From positions 117,781-181,780 of IMG/VR virus record IMGVR_UViG_3300010163_000005: a stretch of DNA of 64,000 nucleotides, one strand, 5' to 3'. Of this stretch, positions 41,914-53,340 are shown piece by piece. The stretch's first letter is position 1. Every line of letters begins with the position of its first letter. Source of the stretch: a virus. Its lineage: Duplodnaviria; Caudoviricetes. Made by a program: the position numbers and the translations under genes. Under the pieces are notes generated by a model. That model ran no database searches and was not told the DNA's origin. It was given only the letters and a program-made list of their open reading frames with translations.

Positions 41914-42714
41914 TTATATATATTTAGATACATCTATATTATGCAACAAACCTAATCTTATTTGCTCCATTTGATTCCAGTCATATATAGGATTAGCATA
42001 TATAGAAACGTTTAATTTATCTTTTAATCCTATTAATAATTGTTTCATTTGTTCTTTATCATATTTAGGATTTGCATATATAGAAACATCTAATCTATAT
42101 TCCAATCCTTTTCTTATTAACTCCATTTGCGTACAATTATATTTAAGATCAGCATAATGGGAAACGTCTAATCCTTTTTCTAATCCCTCTCTTATTTCTT
42201 TTATTTGCATCCAATTATACTTAGGATTAATATAAGAAGATATATCTAAATTCTTTTTCAATGCTTTTTTTATTTCATCTATTTGTAATTCATCATAATC
42301 AGTTACATATAAAGATATATCCACATTATCTAATAGTCCTAACCTTATTTGTTCCATTTGATATGTGTAATATTTAGAATCTGCATACAAAGAAACATCT
42401 AAATTTTCTTCTAAGCCTAATCTTATTTGTTCCATTTGTTCACAATTATATGTAGAGCTTACATAATAAGATACATTTACATTTTTTTCCAAACCATATC
42501 TTATCTCTCTCATTTGTTTCCAATTATATTTAGGGTTTGCATAATAAGATACGTTTAATTTATCATTTAATCCATATTTTATTTGTTTCATTTGTTCTAC
42601 ATTATATTTAGGGTCAGCGTAATAAGACACGTCTAATCCTTTTTCCAATCCATCTCTTATTTGTTCCATTTGGTTACAATTAAATTTAGCCTTAATAATA
42701 GAATTATTATTCAT
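41914..42714 (-). CDS. Tandem ~26-aa repeat protein
   Basis: About 10 repeats of YA.PKYNW.QMEQIR.GLE..LDVS. Confidence 0.8.
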   Translation of the reverse strand: MNNNSIIKAKFNCNQMEQIRDGLEKGLDVSYYADPKYNVEQMKQIKYGLNDKLNVSYYANPKYNWKQMREIRYGLEKNVNVSYYVSSTYNCEQMEQIRLGLEENLDVSLYADSKYYTYQMEQIRLGLLDNVDISLYVTDYDELQIDEIKKALKKNLDISSYINPKYNWMQIKEIREGLEKGLDVSHYADLKYNCTQMELIRKGLEYRLDVSIYANPKYDKEQMKQLLIGLKDKLNVSIYANPIYDWNQMEQIRLGLLHNIDVSKYI

Positions 42715-42749
42715 TTTAATTATCTCCTTTATAATATTTTATTATACAT

Positions 42750-43723
42750 TCAAGCATTTAAAACAGATGTTATTTTTACAAAATAACCAAAATTTTGTTC
42801 AATATTTTTTTTATCCTTTTTTAATATTTTTAAAAATTTTTTAATAAAGATTTATTAATATATTTATAATATTTATACGGTATTTTTTCTATTAAAAAAA
42901 ATGTTGATTCTTTATAAAGAATTAAATATTTTATTAACTTAATTAAAATATCATTAAATAATTGATTATTAAATATTATTGATTGTTCTGTAAGCATATT
43001 ATCATTTAATAATTCAATCATCAGATTAATAATTAAACATATATTATTTTACGTCTTTAAACTATTTATTAACAAATCGTCTTGATAATCAATTATTCTT
43101 ATACAGTATTCAATTGCTACTATAATATTATCTATTCCTTTTAATCTTATATTACTACATATTTGAGCCAATATTTTGACATCTTTCATAGTGTATATAT
43201 TTTTTAATACTATTACATCATTGATTTTTTCATCATTATATACAAAAGAAACATTATCATTAGACGCATCAATACAGTTTATAACACCACTACTAATATA
43301 CATCTCATATTGTTTCTTTATATATTTTTCATAAGAAACCTTAACTATAGAACAATAACTTTTAATTAATAAATTGTCTAATTTATTGTTTAAGGCAACA
43401 TTTTTTATGATATTATTTGCATCTAAGTGTGTTAATTGATAAAATAAACTATTAATATAATTTGTATAAATTTTTTCTTCAACATTTATATTAATACAAA
43501 TATCAGTCAATGTTTTATATATTATTTGATAACTATCATAATTACGATTTATCAATTCATAACATTTAAATATAGTATCATTTTTATTATCTAACATATC
43601 AATAATATCATAAAAAAACAAATTAAAATAACTATTGTTTTTATATAAATATAATTTATATATTATATCGCTCTTAATTTCTTTAATCTTTTTCATTAGT
43701 TCTTCGTACATTATCTTAATCAC
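42750..43723 (-). pseudogene. Paralog family B pseudogene
   Basis: Premature TAA at 43049 (CAA in the 39785 copy) and a 1-nt homopolymer deletion near 42835; the 3' ~300 nt are nearly identical to 39785-40090. Confidence 0.75.
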
Positions 43724-44125
43724 CCTTTAAAATATATAGCAAATATATTTTATTAACATACAATAAATGCATATATATTAACTTTTTTAATTATATTGTA
43801 TAATATTTTAGCATTATTGTCAATGATATTATTAAAATAATTATTTACTAAACTTTTTATTTTTACAAAATAAACCTCCTGATTTAAAATATCTACAATC
43901 ACTATTTTTTTATTCATATAATACTACTTTTCATTTATTCTAACAAAATGTTTATAATACCTCATCCTCTATATATTATTTAATGTTATAATTAGCAATT
44001 TTTAAACAATATAAAAAAGAGAATAACTTATCATTATTCCCTCAAAAATCATTTAATTTACCATTTTAATTTAATATTATACATTATATAAAAATCATTC
44101 TATAACCGCTCTAAACTATTTTTTA

Positions 44126-44608
44126 TTACAATATTATTTTTGATAATTTATCATAGGATAAAGTTTGTTTTATATATTCTTTAAAATCAATCTCTATTAT
44201 TTTTTTTATTTTATTATTTATTACTTTATCTAATAGCTTATAATTATTAAATTTTATATATTCATATAATGTCCAATAATCATGAGATACCGCATTTCTT
44301 AATTTATCATTTGTAAATGAAGTATTCATATTTTTATAATTTTGTTTTACATATTCATATACTAATATATATGTTGTTTTTTTAAATTCACTACTCAATA
44401 ATAAAAAATGTATATATCGCTCTATAAGTTTATCATAAGTATATATTTTGCTAAATTGTTTAATATAATGTTCATCTTTAACATTTTTATAAACATCTTT
44501 ATTTATATTTTCGATATACCTTTTAAATTCTTTCTTGTTTATTTTAATTTGTTTTGTTATTTTTATATCTATTGTAAACCGACCTATTTGTTTTATCAAA
44601 GCATTCAT
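44126..44608 (-). CDS. Hypothetical protein with RxxxxH (HEPN-like) motif
   Basis: KLRNAVSHDY. Confidence 0.45.
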   Translation of the reverse strand: MNALIKQIGRFTIDIKITKQIKINKKEFKRYIENINKDVYKNVKDEHYIKQFSKIYTYDKLIERYIHFLLLSSEFKKTTYILVYEYVKQNYKNMNTSFTNDKLRNAVSHDYWTLYEYIKFNNYKLLDKVINNKIKKIIEIDFKEYIKQTLSYDKLSKIIL

Positions 44609-44624
44609 TTCCTTTCCCCTGATA

Positions 44625-45653
44625 TTAAGAATTTAAAATATTTGTTATTTTTATAAATTCCTTAAAATAAAAAGACTTATTTCTTGACATACTTAATGTA
44701 TTACTTAATTCTTTTACTTTATCTTTATTAATATATTTATAACAATAACTTGGCAAATCCATTATAATTTTTTTAATAAAATCTACATATAATAAATAAG
44801 GCAGCAAATTTTTTATATAATTTTCATTTTCATATTGTTTATTATTTAAAATAACCTGAATAAGCTGCATTATGTTTCTTTGCATAAGTATATCTTGAAT
44901 AAATTGTTTATTATGATTAATTATACTAATACAATAATTAACTAATTTCAATATATATTCATCTTTTTTTGATAAAGAGAAAATTACATTAAGTAACGCA
45001 TTTAATATTTTAACATCATTTTTTGTATATTGTTTCTTGTTTTTTATTTTATCAAATATTGTATCTACATCACCATTATATTTAAATTCAACTTCATCAT
45101 TAGAGTTATCTATACAATTTATTACACTCGAATCTATATCAAGACAATATTTTTTTCTAATTTTTCCATTACTTGTACAAATTATTGAATAACCTTGCGT
45201 ATTCGTTATATAAGTCCACTCTAATTTCTCAAAACCATAATCTTCTCTATTTAATATAATATTAAAGTCTTTTTTATACTCAACTAATTCATAAAAAAAT
45301 TTTTTAATAAAATCCAATATATCAGTTTCTTTATCTTTATTAGATGCTAATGTACTAAGTGTCACTATATTGTCAGGCGATATTATAAACATAAAACTTA
45401 CAGACAATATATCATATATATACATATACTCATAATATTTTACCTTACTATTATCACAAAATGGTTGTTTGTTTTGTAAACATTCCAACAACGCTTGTTT
45501 TGTCAATACATAATCTATTAATTTATAAAAGTATATATTAAAATAACTATCATTTTTATGTTTTTTTAATTTGTTTAATACTCTTTTTATTATATTTTTA
45601 CTATTAGATTTATATGTAGCATATTGTTTTTCATCCATCATTATGTTGTTCAT
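44625..45653 (-). CDS. Paralog family B protein
   Basis: LKKHKNDSYFNIYFY...VINCIDNSND. Confidence 0.7.
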   Translation of the reverse strand: MNNIMMDEKQYATYKSNSKNIIKRVLNKLKKHKNDSYFNIYFYKLIDYVLTKQALLECLQNKQPFCDNSKVKYYEYMYIYDILSVSFMFIISPDNIVTLSTLASNKDKETDILDFIKKFFYELVEYKKDFNIILNREDYGFEKLEWTYITNTQGYSIICTSNGKIRKKYCLDIDSSVINCIDNSNDEVEFKYNGDVDTIFDKIKNKKQYTKNDVKILNALLNVIFSLSKKDEYILKLVNYCISIINHNKQFIQDILMQRNIMQLIQVILNNKQYENENYIKNLLPYLLYVDFIKKIIMDLPSYCYKYINKDKVKELSNTLSMSRNKSFYFKEFIKITNILNS

Positions 45654-45673
45654 TCCTTTTATAATTAATTATA

Positions 45674-46723
45674 TTATTCATTTGAATATTTACAATATAC
45701 ATCATTTATATACATACTACTATTATTTTTTTCTATTTTACTAATTTTATCAATTTTTATATTTGTTTCTTGCTTTGTTTTTACCAAAAAATTATATTGT
45801 TTATTTATATAACATTTTTCTTTTTTTTCATCTGATAGTGTTTTAATAAATTCAATATGATTATTAATTCTTGTATCTATAATTTTATTTAATTTTTCTG
45901 AATTAATTAAAAGATTATCAATGGCTATATTTAAAATATTTTTATCAATGTCTATTCCTATGCTATTTCTATTAGCCATCATACAAGCCAAATTTGTTGT
46001 TCCTGTTCCGCAAAATGGGTCTAATACTACATCTTTTTCTATGGAATACATATTAATTAAACGATATGGTATTTCTAATGGATATGCTCCACTTCGAGTT
46101 CTTGAATTATTCTTATTTAAAGATTTTATCTTTTGATTAATTCCTTTTATTTCCCATAAATCTGAAAACCATATATTTCGTTCTTCCCAAAAATAAGCAC
46201 TCTTTCGCCTTAAATATTTTTCATTTTCTGAAAATATTCTTTTACCTTTTCTGAAAATTAATATGTATTCACATTCATAGGTTATATATGCTCCACAAGG
46301 ATACATACCAGAACCCATAAATTTATTCGGTGCATTAGATTGTTTTCTCCAATGTATATTAGGCAATACATCATATCCTAATGATACAAAATAATTAATA
46401 ATCATTGTATGATTTGAATATAATTGAAATTTATTATTTAATGTTCTTGTTGCATCACCTATATTTATACAAATAAATCCATCATCTTTAAGAACTCTAT
46501 CACATTCTTTCCATACTTTATTTAATATATTGTGCATTTTTATAAACGCTCTATACCCCCCCCTTATAAGATTTTCTTTTATTTCGTTATCTTGTTCTAT
46601 AAACATTTCATCCCACATATTTATCATAGGATACGGTGGAGAGGTTACTATTAAATTTACTGATTTATCTGGTATAATATCTATTTTTTTACTATCTATA
46701 TTTATCATTCTATGTTCTGTCAT
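45674..46723 (-). CDS. Beta-class N4-cytosine/N6-adenine DNA methyltransferase
   Basis: LIVTSPPYPMI, VLDPFCGTGTT. Confidence 0.88.
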   Translation of the reverse strand: MTEHRMINIDSKKIDIIPDKSVNLIVTSPPYPMINMWDEMFIEQDNEIKENLIRGGYRAFIKMHNILNKVWKECDRVLKDDGFICINIGDATRTLNNKFQLYSNHTMIINYFVSLGYDVLPNIHWRKQSNAPNKFMGSGMYPCGAYITYECEYILIFRKGKRIFSENEKYLRRKSAYFWEERNIWFSDLWEIKGINQKIKSLNKNNSRTRSGAYPLEIPYRLINMYSIEKDVVLDPFCGTGTTNLACMMANRNSIGIDIDKNILNIAIDNLLINSEKLNKIIDTRINNHIEFIKTLSDEKKEKCYINKQYNFLVKTKQETNIKIDKISKIEKNNSSMYINDVYCKYSNE

Positions 46724-46758
46724 ATTTTGCCCTACCTTTATTTTTGATAAAATATATT

Positions 46759-47250
46759 TTAATACAAAACCCTTTTTAAATACCCTAAATATTCTCCTCT
46801 ATTATATGCTGCAAAAATGGATACTTTGCAATATTCTACTATTTCATTTGTATTAACTGTATTTTCTATAGTATATCTATCCATTATTTTTTTATATTCA
46901 TATTTGGGCATTAATAATGCTAATGCAAATCTATTCGCTTGATATTCTTGTATTACATCACTTGAATAATATTTATCCATACTGTTATATAATTTATTAT
47001 CTATTTGATAACTCATATGTAAAAATAAATGTTCTAATCCATTTGCTATAAAAATTTTTTCTTCATTTTGATACGAAGGAATAACAATAACAAATCCTTT
47101 ATTATTTTTATATATAAATCCTAATGTTTTATTATCTGTTTCTACACTCTCGCCTAATTTCATAACTACATCTTCTATATCTATTATAGGTATTTTTATA
47201 TTAAAAATATTAATTATATCTTCTGCTATGTTATCTATTAAATTATTCAT
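46759..47250 (-). CDS. ImmA/IrrE-family metallopeptidase, HExxH degenerate
   Basis: IANGLEHLFLH in place of IAHELGHLFLH; EYQANRFALALLMP. Confidence 0.7.
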   Translation of the reverse strand: MNNLIDNIAEDIINIFNIKIPIIDIEDVVMKLGESVETDNKTLGFIYKNNKGFVIVIPSYQNEEKIFIANGLEHLFLHMSYQIDNKLYNSMDKYYSSDVIQEYQANRFALALLMPKYEYKKIMDRYTIENTVNTNEIVEYCKVSIFAAYNRGEYLGYLKRVLY

Positions 47251-47336
47251 AAATTTATCTCCCCATTTAACAGCACTAATCTATTACTTAAATAAGTATA
47301 ATTTTATTTAATTAAAATTGAATAGCTATAAAAACC

Positions 47337-49889
47337 TTATTTATTATAAAGCAACTTCATATCTACCGCTCTTAATTTAGCTATAAAGTTTTCCATAAAA
47401 TCAAAATCTATTTGCCCGTCCTTTATAGGAAGTTGAATATAATCATTTTTTATCTTTTCCCAACTTGCTTTATTTGTCCACTCATATTTGCCATAAATAG
47501 TTTTAGAAATCGCATTTACCAAAAATAAATAATGATTATCATTTAAAATATCATTATTAAATTTCCACTTAATTACATAGGCATCTTGTAAAACTGTAAA
47601 TTCTTTATTTTGATAAAATGTAGCACCTGTATTTGTTCCATTTGCTGATATGGAAATTACATTTTTAAGTATTGTAACATTATCCCTTGGAATATAATTA
47701 TTTAAACCTTGATTTTGTATTCCTGCTGTTAATGCGGGTAAAGTATAATTACCAATTTGTTCACTTGGTAAATCAGACGTTTTATAATTAACTTTTTTTA
47801 CTTTAACCTTTTCAAATAAATCACCGATTTTATATTTATCCCATTCAACATTATTCAGTTTTTTTTTAAGCAAAATATTTGTTTCTTCCATATTTACATT
47901 ATTTTTTAAAATACAAGACATTTCCCATATCAAATAATCTGTAACAGTTTTTTTAAAATCATTAAGAGTTGGTTTTGTATCAATAAACTTTGTTTGATTC
48001 CAATCTGCTCCGTTTTCTGGATTTATATTACCTTCATAATATTCATTCTCTGTAAATATATTAAGTTTGGATTTACCAAAACGCACAAGGTCAATTATTT
48101 CTTGATAACGTTCCTTTGCTCTATCATTATCTTTAAGATTATATTGAGTTTTTTTCCGTCCAGTACGTTTATATCCATCATTAGAAAAGTCAATAAATTT
48201 TACAATATCATTTTTTTTGTGAACTTTCCCAATTTCAAATACATAAATATTAGTTTGAACATTGGATTTGCCAATAAATATATCTATTGGCATTTTAATA
48301 CTCGCAAGTAAAGTGTTCTTTTTTAATATTCTTTTATTATACTCAATAGCTTTTCCAGAACCTGCGGAGCTTTGAATAATAATTGCAGCATAACCTTTAT
48401 CCATCATTGATAAAGCTTTTTCAACAAATATCATTCCATTTCCTTTTGCTGAATACGGTGGATTTAAAATAAGTGCATTTGCAGGAAATTTTATAATATT
48501 ACCATCAAAATTATAATATCCGTCAAAATCTTTTAATGAATCCTTATTTAAAATATTTAAATCTTCGCTATCTATCATTATCATATTAAGAATTGCAAGT
48601 ATGTATATATTCGGAATAACTTCAATACCAAGAACTTGACTTGATTTTATTTTTTTAGATTTAATTGCAAAATTATTAGCTGAAGTTATTTTTTGCTTGG
48701 CATCCTTTAACATTTCATCTATAGCCACAATAAGAAGTCCTCCAGTTCCCGCCGCAAAATCCCAAACATACGAATCTTTATTTATTCTTGCAAGTTTAAC
48801 AAGTAATTCAGCTATATAAGACGGTGTTAAAACAATATCATTTAATGTATCTTGTGTAAATCCAATCCATTTATACATTTCATTAAACAATATACCCATA
48901 AAATCAGTTATTAATCCTATTTTATAGTATATCCCTAAATTATCAACAACTTTTGTAAATATACGTTTTAATTTACTTTCACCATTTTCAATTTTATTAA
49001 TACTATCAGTCATAAGCGTATTCTGTAATACCTTAATGATAATTTCTTTTTTGTCTTTAGATAATTTTTTTTCATTTAAAAATGTTTTAATCTTTCTAAT
49101 AATAATATCTCCATCTGTATTGCCTTTTTCAAGTGAAGATTTTAAATCTGATTTTTTAAGAGGAGTAACTTTTTCATAAATACCTGTTGTGGCGATAATG
49201 GAAGCAATAATAAGATGAAAACAATCATTTTCATTCAAATTTTTTTCATTTTGGTATATATCATTATTTAAATCAATTAAACTTTTTCTTATTTCTGTCT
49301 CTCTTATTTTTTTAAATATTTCAAACTCCGTTTGTGATAATCTTAAATTTTTAACCCTTATAATAAAATTGTCAAAATGTTTTTTACTTAAAAATGAAAA
49401 ATTTGTATAATTACCAACTTTTTGTCCTATGCCTAAATTGCTCTTTGAAACATAATAAACTTCTATAAAATATTTTAATTCATTTTTTAATTTTGTTACA
49501 CCTATACAAATTATATCTGTATAATTTGTATAATGAAGTAATGCGTTTGCATAATATATACTTCCATTAATAGCGTATAAGTTAATATTATTAAAATTTA
49601 TTTCATTTTTTTCTGTTCTATTATAAACTTGACCATTATTATTAAGTTTAACTAAATTATTTTCATTTTCTTTATAATGAATAAGAACAGGATGATAAGT
49701 TAAATATTTATCTTGTAATAACAGTTTAACATCTGGCTTACTCTTATTCTTACTTTTGTTTTTTATAAAATATTCATTAAGAGCGGTTTCTATTTCTGTA
49801 TTTAAAGATTCTTGCTCTAATTTATAATCTAAATCATATGATTTAAACCATTCATTTACTAAATTATTAATATTTTTTTTATTACTCAT
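47337..49889 (-). CDS. Type IIG-like R-M-S fusion (N6-MTase plus HsdS-like TRD), nuclease site apparently mutated
   Basis: KPDVKLLL...VLIHYK (PD..ExK with E replaced by H), WDFAAGTGG, ILNPPYS, C-terminal EW..YKIGDLFEK TRD. Confidence 0.85.
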   Translation of the reverse strand: MSNKKNINNLVNEWFKSYDLDYKLEQESLNTEIETALNEYFIKNKSKNKSKPDVKLLLQDKYLTYHPVLIHYKENENNLVKLNNNGQVYNRTEKNEINFNNINLYAINGSIYYANALLHYTNYTDIICIGVTKLKNELKYFIEVYYVSKSNLGIGQKVGNYTNFSFLSKKHFDNFIIRVKNLRLSQTEFEIFKKIRETEIRKSLIDLNNDIYQNEKNLNENDCFHLIIASIIATTGIYEKVTPLKKSDLKSSLEKGNTDGDIIIRKIKTFLNEKKLSKDKKEIIIKVLQNTLMTDSINKIENGESKLKRIFTKVVDNLGIYYKIGLITDFMGILFNEMYKWIGFTQDTLNDIVLTPSYIAELLVKLARINKDSYVWDFAAGTGGLLIVAIDEMLKDAKQKITSANNFAIKSKKIKSSQVLGIEVIPNIYILAILNMIMIDSEDLNILNKDSLKDFDGYYNFDGNIIKFPANALILNPPYSAKGNGMIFVEKALSMMDKGYAAIIIQSSAGSGKAIEYNKRILKKNTLLASIKMPIDIFIGKSNVQTNIYVFEIGKVHKKNDIVKFIDFSNDGYKRTGRKKTQYNLKDNDRAKERYQEIIDLVRFGKSKLNIFTENEYYEGNINPENGADWNQTKFIDTKPTLNDFKKTVTDYLIWEMSCILKNNVNMEETNILLKKKLNNVEWDKYKIGDLFEKVKVKKVNYKTSDLPSEQIGNYTLPALTAGIQNQGLNNYIPRDNVTILKNVISISANGTNTGATFYQNKEFTVLQDAYVIKWKFNNDILNDNHYLFLVNAISKTIYGKYEWTNKASWEKIKNDYIQLPIKDGQIDFDFMENFIAKLRAVDMKLLYNK

Positions 49890-50278
49890 TTGTTTTCACC
49901 TATTTTATAAACCTTATCTTTTATTTTAAATTATATTTAACTACAAAAATAATAAGTCTTTTTAAAATATATAAAAAAATAATTATATTTTTTAACCTAA
50001 AATATAATTATTTTTTTATATATTTATTACTATCTTATTGAGGTTTTACTTCGTTATCCTCTAAAATAGACCTCATTTTTTTTATTTTTATTTCATTAAA
50101 TTTTTTACCTTTATCATTAAATAAAAGTAAAGAATTTCTATAAATACATAACAATTCTTTAAGAGCATAATAAATAAAAATACTTGTTATTAATATACAT
50201 CCTACTATTACAATTGTTTTAAACATAATATGATTACTCCTTATTAAATTAATAATTTATTTTATAAAGAGAGGGTTT

Positions 50279-50740
50279 TCACACATTATACAAAAGATTG
50301 TTGTTTATTTGTGCTTTATATAAATCATTAAAATAGTTAGTATGTTCATTTAAAATCGAACAATAATACATTTTACTATATAAATTTTCTGTTTGTTTAA
50401 AAAATGTTAAATATTGTTTATCGTATATAATATAATAGTTACATACAATGTCTTTTTTCGTTATATTATTAAATATGTTTATTAAAAGTTGTAAATCAAT
50501 ATCTATATAATCAGATTCATAAAACACAAAATCAAATGTATTTAATACACCTTTGTTTATGTATTGATTTAGTTTAGTATTATTTAATTTTAAGTACATT
50601 AATACATTATTTGTTATTTGTATTTTTGGTAATTGAACAATTTTATAATTTAATATATTATTATAACTAATAGTAAGAATATAATACTTTGGCAATGTAT
50701 GTTGTATTAAGTATACTATATTTCTAAATTTTATAGACAT
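50279..50740 (-). CDS. Hypothetical protein, paralog family A
   Basis: YKIVQLPKIQIT. Confidence 0.6.
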   Translation of the reverse strand: MSIKFRNIVYLIQHTLPKYYILTISYNNILNYKIVQLPKIQITNNVLMYLKLNNTKLNQYINKGVLNTFDFVFYESDYIDIDLQLLINIFNNITKKDIVCNYYIIYDKQYLTFFKQTENLYSKMYYCSILNEHTNYFNDLYKAQINNNLLYNV

Positions 50741-50759
50741 ATTAACTCCTTTTATTAGT

Positions 50760-51047
50760 TTAAATGCTTTTATCTATTCGTTTATTTAATTCGTCTATAC
50801 GATTATTTAAACGATTTTCAACTGTATTTATATGTTTTTGTAATTCGTTAATTTTATTATTTATTTGAATTTTTACTTCATTAAACTTATTATGTATTTC
50901 TTCTACTTGGATTGTTAATTCATCTACCTGTTTGTCAGTTTCACCTATAGTATGTTCTATAAGTGTTATATATGTCATAAGTGTTATAAATAATGAAATT
51001 AACATACTTAAAATAACAATATGCCGTCCTAAAAATTTTTTCATCAT
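50760..51047 (-). CDS. Membrane-anchored coiled-coil protein
   Basis: TM helix plus heptads. Confidence 0.55.
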   Translation of the reverse strand: MMKKFLGRHIVILSMLISLFITLMTYITLIEHTIGETDKQVDELTIQVEEIHNKFNEVKIQINNKINELQKHINTVENRLNNRIDELNKRIDKSI

Positions 51048-51234
51048 TCTTTCCCTTTCTACGATTTTAATATTTTTTATATAATTAATACTTAATTTTT
51101 TAAATACCTATAAAACAAATTACTCCATTTTATAAAATGGAGTAATACATTACTACTCCTAAAATTATAAATTTTTATAAAACCCTTGTTTTTAAATATA
51201 CTGATTTTAAAATCTATATTTTTTTTGATTAAAA

Positions 51235-51732
51235 CTATGAGTGTATATAGGATATTTCATCAAAGATATAATGATGTTCCTTGCCTTTAAATATATTATA
51301 AGGCTTCCCATTATGAAAAGTATCCCACGTATTATAATTTATACTATTTTGATTCCAACCTACCGCTATACAATCGTCATTTTCATATAAAGATTGTATG
51401 ACCTCTGCCTGTTCTGATAATGATGTATCTTTATAACCTTTTTGTTTAAAACATTCAACAACAGTAGGTATATCTTCTTTCTTAATTATATATCTATCAA
51501 AAGTTGTAAATAAAACAACTTTGTCAGCTATAGATACATCTTTATTACCCGCTAAATTCCATACATTTTTCATACATTCCTTAGAAAAACTAAATTGTCT
51601 ATGGATATATTTATGATTTAATTTCATCCATACTGCCATAGCACCTCTCCATGCATTCTCTATTTCTGCATATAATTCAGCATTACCCATTTTATCAAAC
51701 ATATATATATTTGTATAACTCATGTTTATCAT
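51235..51732 (-). CDS. Hypothetical phage protein
   Basis: RBS; promoter at 51779-51807. Confidence 0.65.
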   Translation of the reverse strand: MINMSYTNIYMFDKMGNAELYAEIENAWRGAMAVWMKLNHKYIHRQFSFSKECMKNVWNLAGNKDVSIADKVVLFTTFDRYIIKKEDIPTVVECFKQKGYKDTSLSEQAEVIQSLYENDDCIAVGWNQNSINYNTWDTFHNGKPYNIFKGKEHHYIFDEISYIHS

Positions 51733-51973
51733 TCCTTTCAGTTTCTTTATAAATCTTTATTTTATAAGTTATAATTATATTGTATCAAATAATTTTAATT
51801 TTGTCAATAATATTCTAAATTAATTATTAAAAATTATTATCTTTTTTGTATTAAAAACATTATTTCTAAAAACATTATTTGTTAATATTACTTTTTATCT
51901 TAATAATATTGTTTACTAAAAGTATTGTTTGTTAATTAAAGACATTATTTTATATCAAGAATACAATTTTATT

Positions 51974-53029
51974 TTAACTATTATTCCAAGAATCATTTTT
52001 ATTCTTATAAAGTTTCGACCAATCAGTATTTGCCATATCATAATTTACTTGATTGTGAATGTCTAAACTATGTTGTTCTTTACAGTTATACAAAATTGTT
52101 GTTATGTAACTTTTTTGATTGTATATTCTCACTGTCTGCTTGCTATATTGTTCTTCTACATAGCATATATCAAATACATCTAATTTAAAAATTTTACTCT
52201 TTACAATTTCAGTAGGGACATTTATTCCATTAACTCTTACATCAGATGTCGGATTGTTTACTACATCATATATAACAGACATAATACTATCAATTAATTC
52301 TCTACTTGTTTTTGGGTACATTAAAAAAATATCATTATAATTAAAATATTCTTTTAAATATTCCATAGAATATTTTTCTTCCATAACAACTGATTTTTTT
52401 TGATTTTTTACTTGACAACTATCTCCCTTTGTAGTATTATATGAATAGATAGTTGTTTGTTGAGATTGATTATCATTGTTTCCTTTGGTCTGGTGAGCAA
52501 TGTTTTCAATCTCTTTTTCTTTTGTATTAAAATTCTTTTCTGTATTAATATTTTTTTCTTTATTAGTATCCTCTCTTGGTTTAATATCCTCTTGTAAAAT
52601 TTCTTTATTTTTATTAGGAGAAGGTTGTGATTTATTTATATCGCCTTTTAATTTTTCTATTGCTTCTATCCTTTTCTTTTCTTCATATTCTTCAACTACT
52701 CCTTTGATTTCTTCAACACTTTTAACTTGCCAAATTTCATCAAAATCATATATTGTATATAAATTGCTTGTTTGAGAATTGTCTGATTTTCTATATTGTG
52801 GTGTGACTTTTATTATACATTTGTCTTTTAATTTCTTTAATGTATATCTTACTTTCCTTATACAACAACCTAATTTATCCGCTATCTTACGAACGGATGG
52901 AAAACATTCTCCCTCTTTATTACTGAATGTTCTTAATATTACCAAAATCTCTTTCTCTGCTACCGTAATTAATTTTGATGATAATAATTCATTGCTTACC
53001 ATTGTAAAACTTTTAATATTTGTATTCAT
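51974..53029 (-). CDS. Replication initiator-like protein (N-terminal winged HTH, C-terminal DUF6017-like)
   Basis: CFPSVRKIADKLGCC.R.V...L..L; SNLYTI; VKSKIFKL...YV...I.NQKSYI.T.LYN. Confidence 0.78.
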   Translation of the reverse strand: MNTNIKSFTMVSNELLSSKLITVAEKEILVILRTFSNKEGECFPSVRKIADKLGCCIRKVRYTLKKLKDKCIIKVTPQYRKSDNSQTSNLYTIYDFDEIWQVKSVEEIKGVVEEYEEKKRIEAIEKLKGDINKSQPSPNKNKEILQEDIKPREDTNKEKNINTEKNFNTKEKEIENIAHQTKGNNDNQSQQTTIYSYNTTKGDSCQVKNQKKSVVMEEKYSMEYLKEYFNYNDIFLMYPKTSRELIDSIMSVIYDVVNNPTSDVRVNGINVPTEIVKSKIFKLDVFDICYVEEQYSKQTVRIYNQKSYITTILYNCKEQHSLDIHNQVNYDMANTDWSKLYKNKNDSWNNS

Positions 53030-53047
53030 CTTTAATCATTACCTTTC

Positions 53048-53089
53048 ATCTTTAATATTGTTTATATCTTTAATATTGTTTATATCTTT
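53048..53089. repeat. 18-bp tandem direct repeat in the leader of the initiator gene
   Basis: atctttaatattgtttat x2 plus a partial copy. Confidence 0.7.
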
Positions 53090-53340
53090 TTATTATATTT
53101 TATATATTAGCAAATTCTTAATTAAAATGCAACTATTTTTTTTTATATTTTTATTATTTTTTTTATAATTGTCAATAAACCACCTTATCATCTCAACTTT
53201 TTTTATAAAAGTTTTATATCTTCTCTTTTGTGTATATCCTATCATATCTTATCGTATCTCTTATTTGCTTTGTATTTGATATTGATATGATAAAGATAGG
53301 ATTATACACATATATTATAGTATAGTTATATAGTATAGTT

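Noticed and set aside
39785-43050. Diversity-generating retroelement TR/VR pair from the near-identical 3' ends of family B genes
   Set aside because: No reverse transcriptase in the window, and the differences are not restricted to adenines; tandem duplication or gene conversion explains it.
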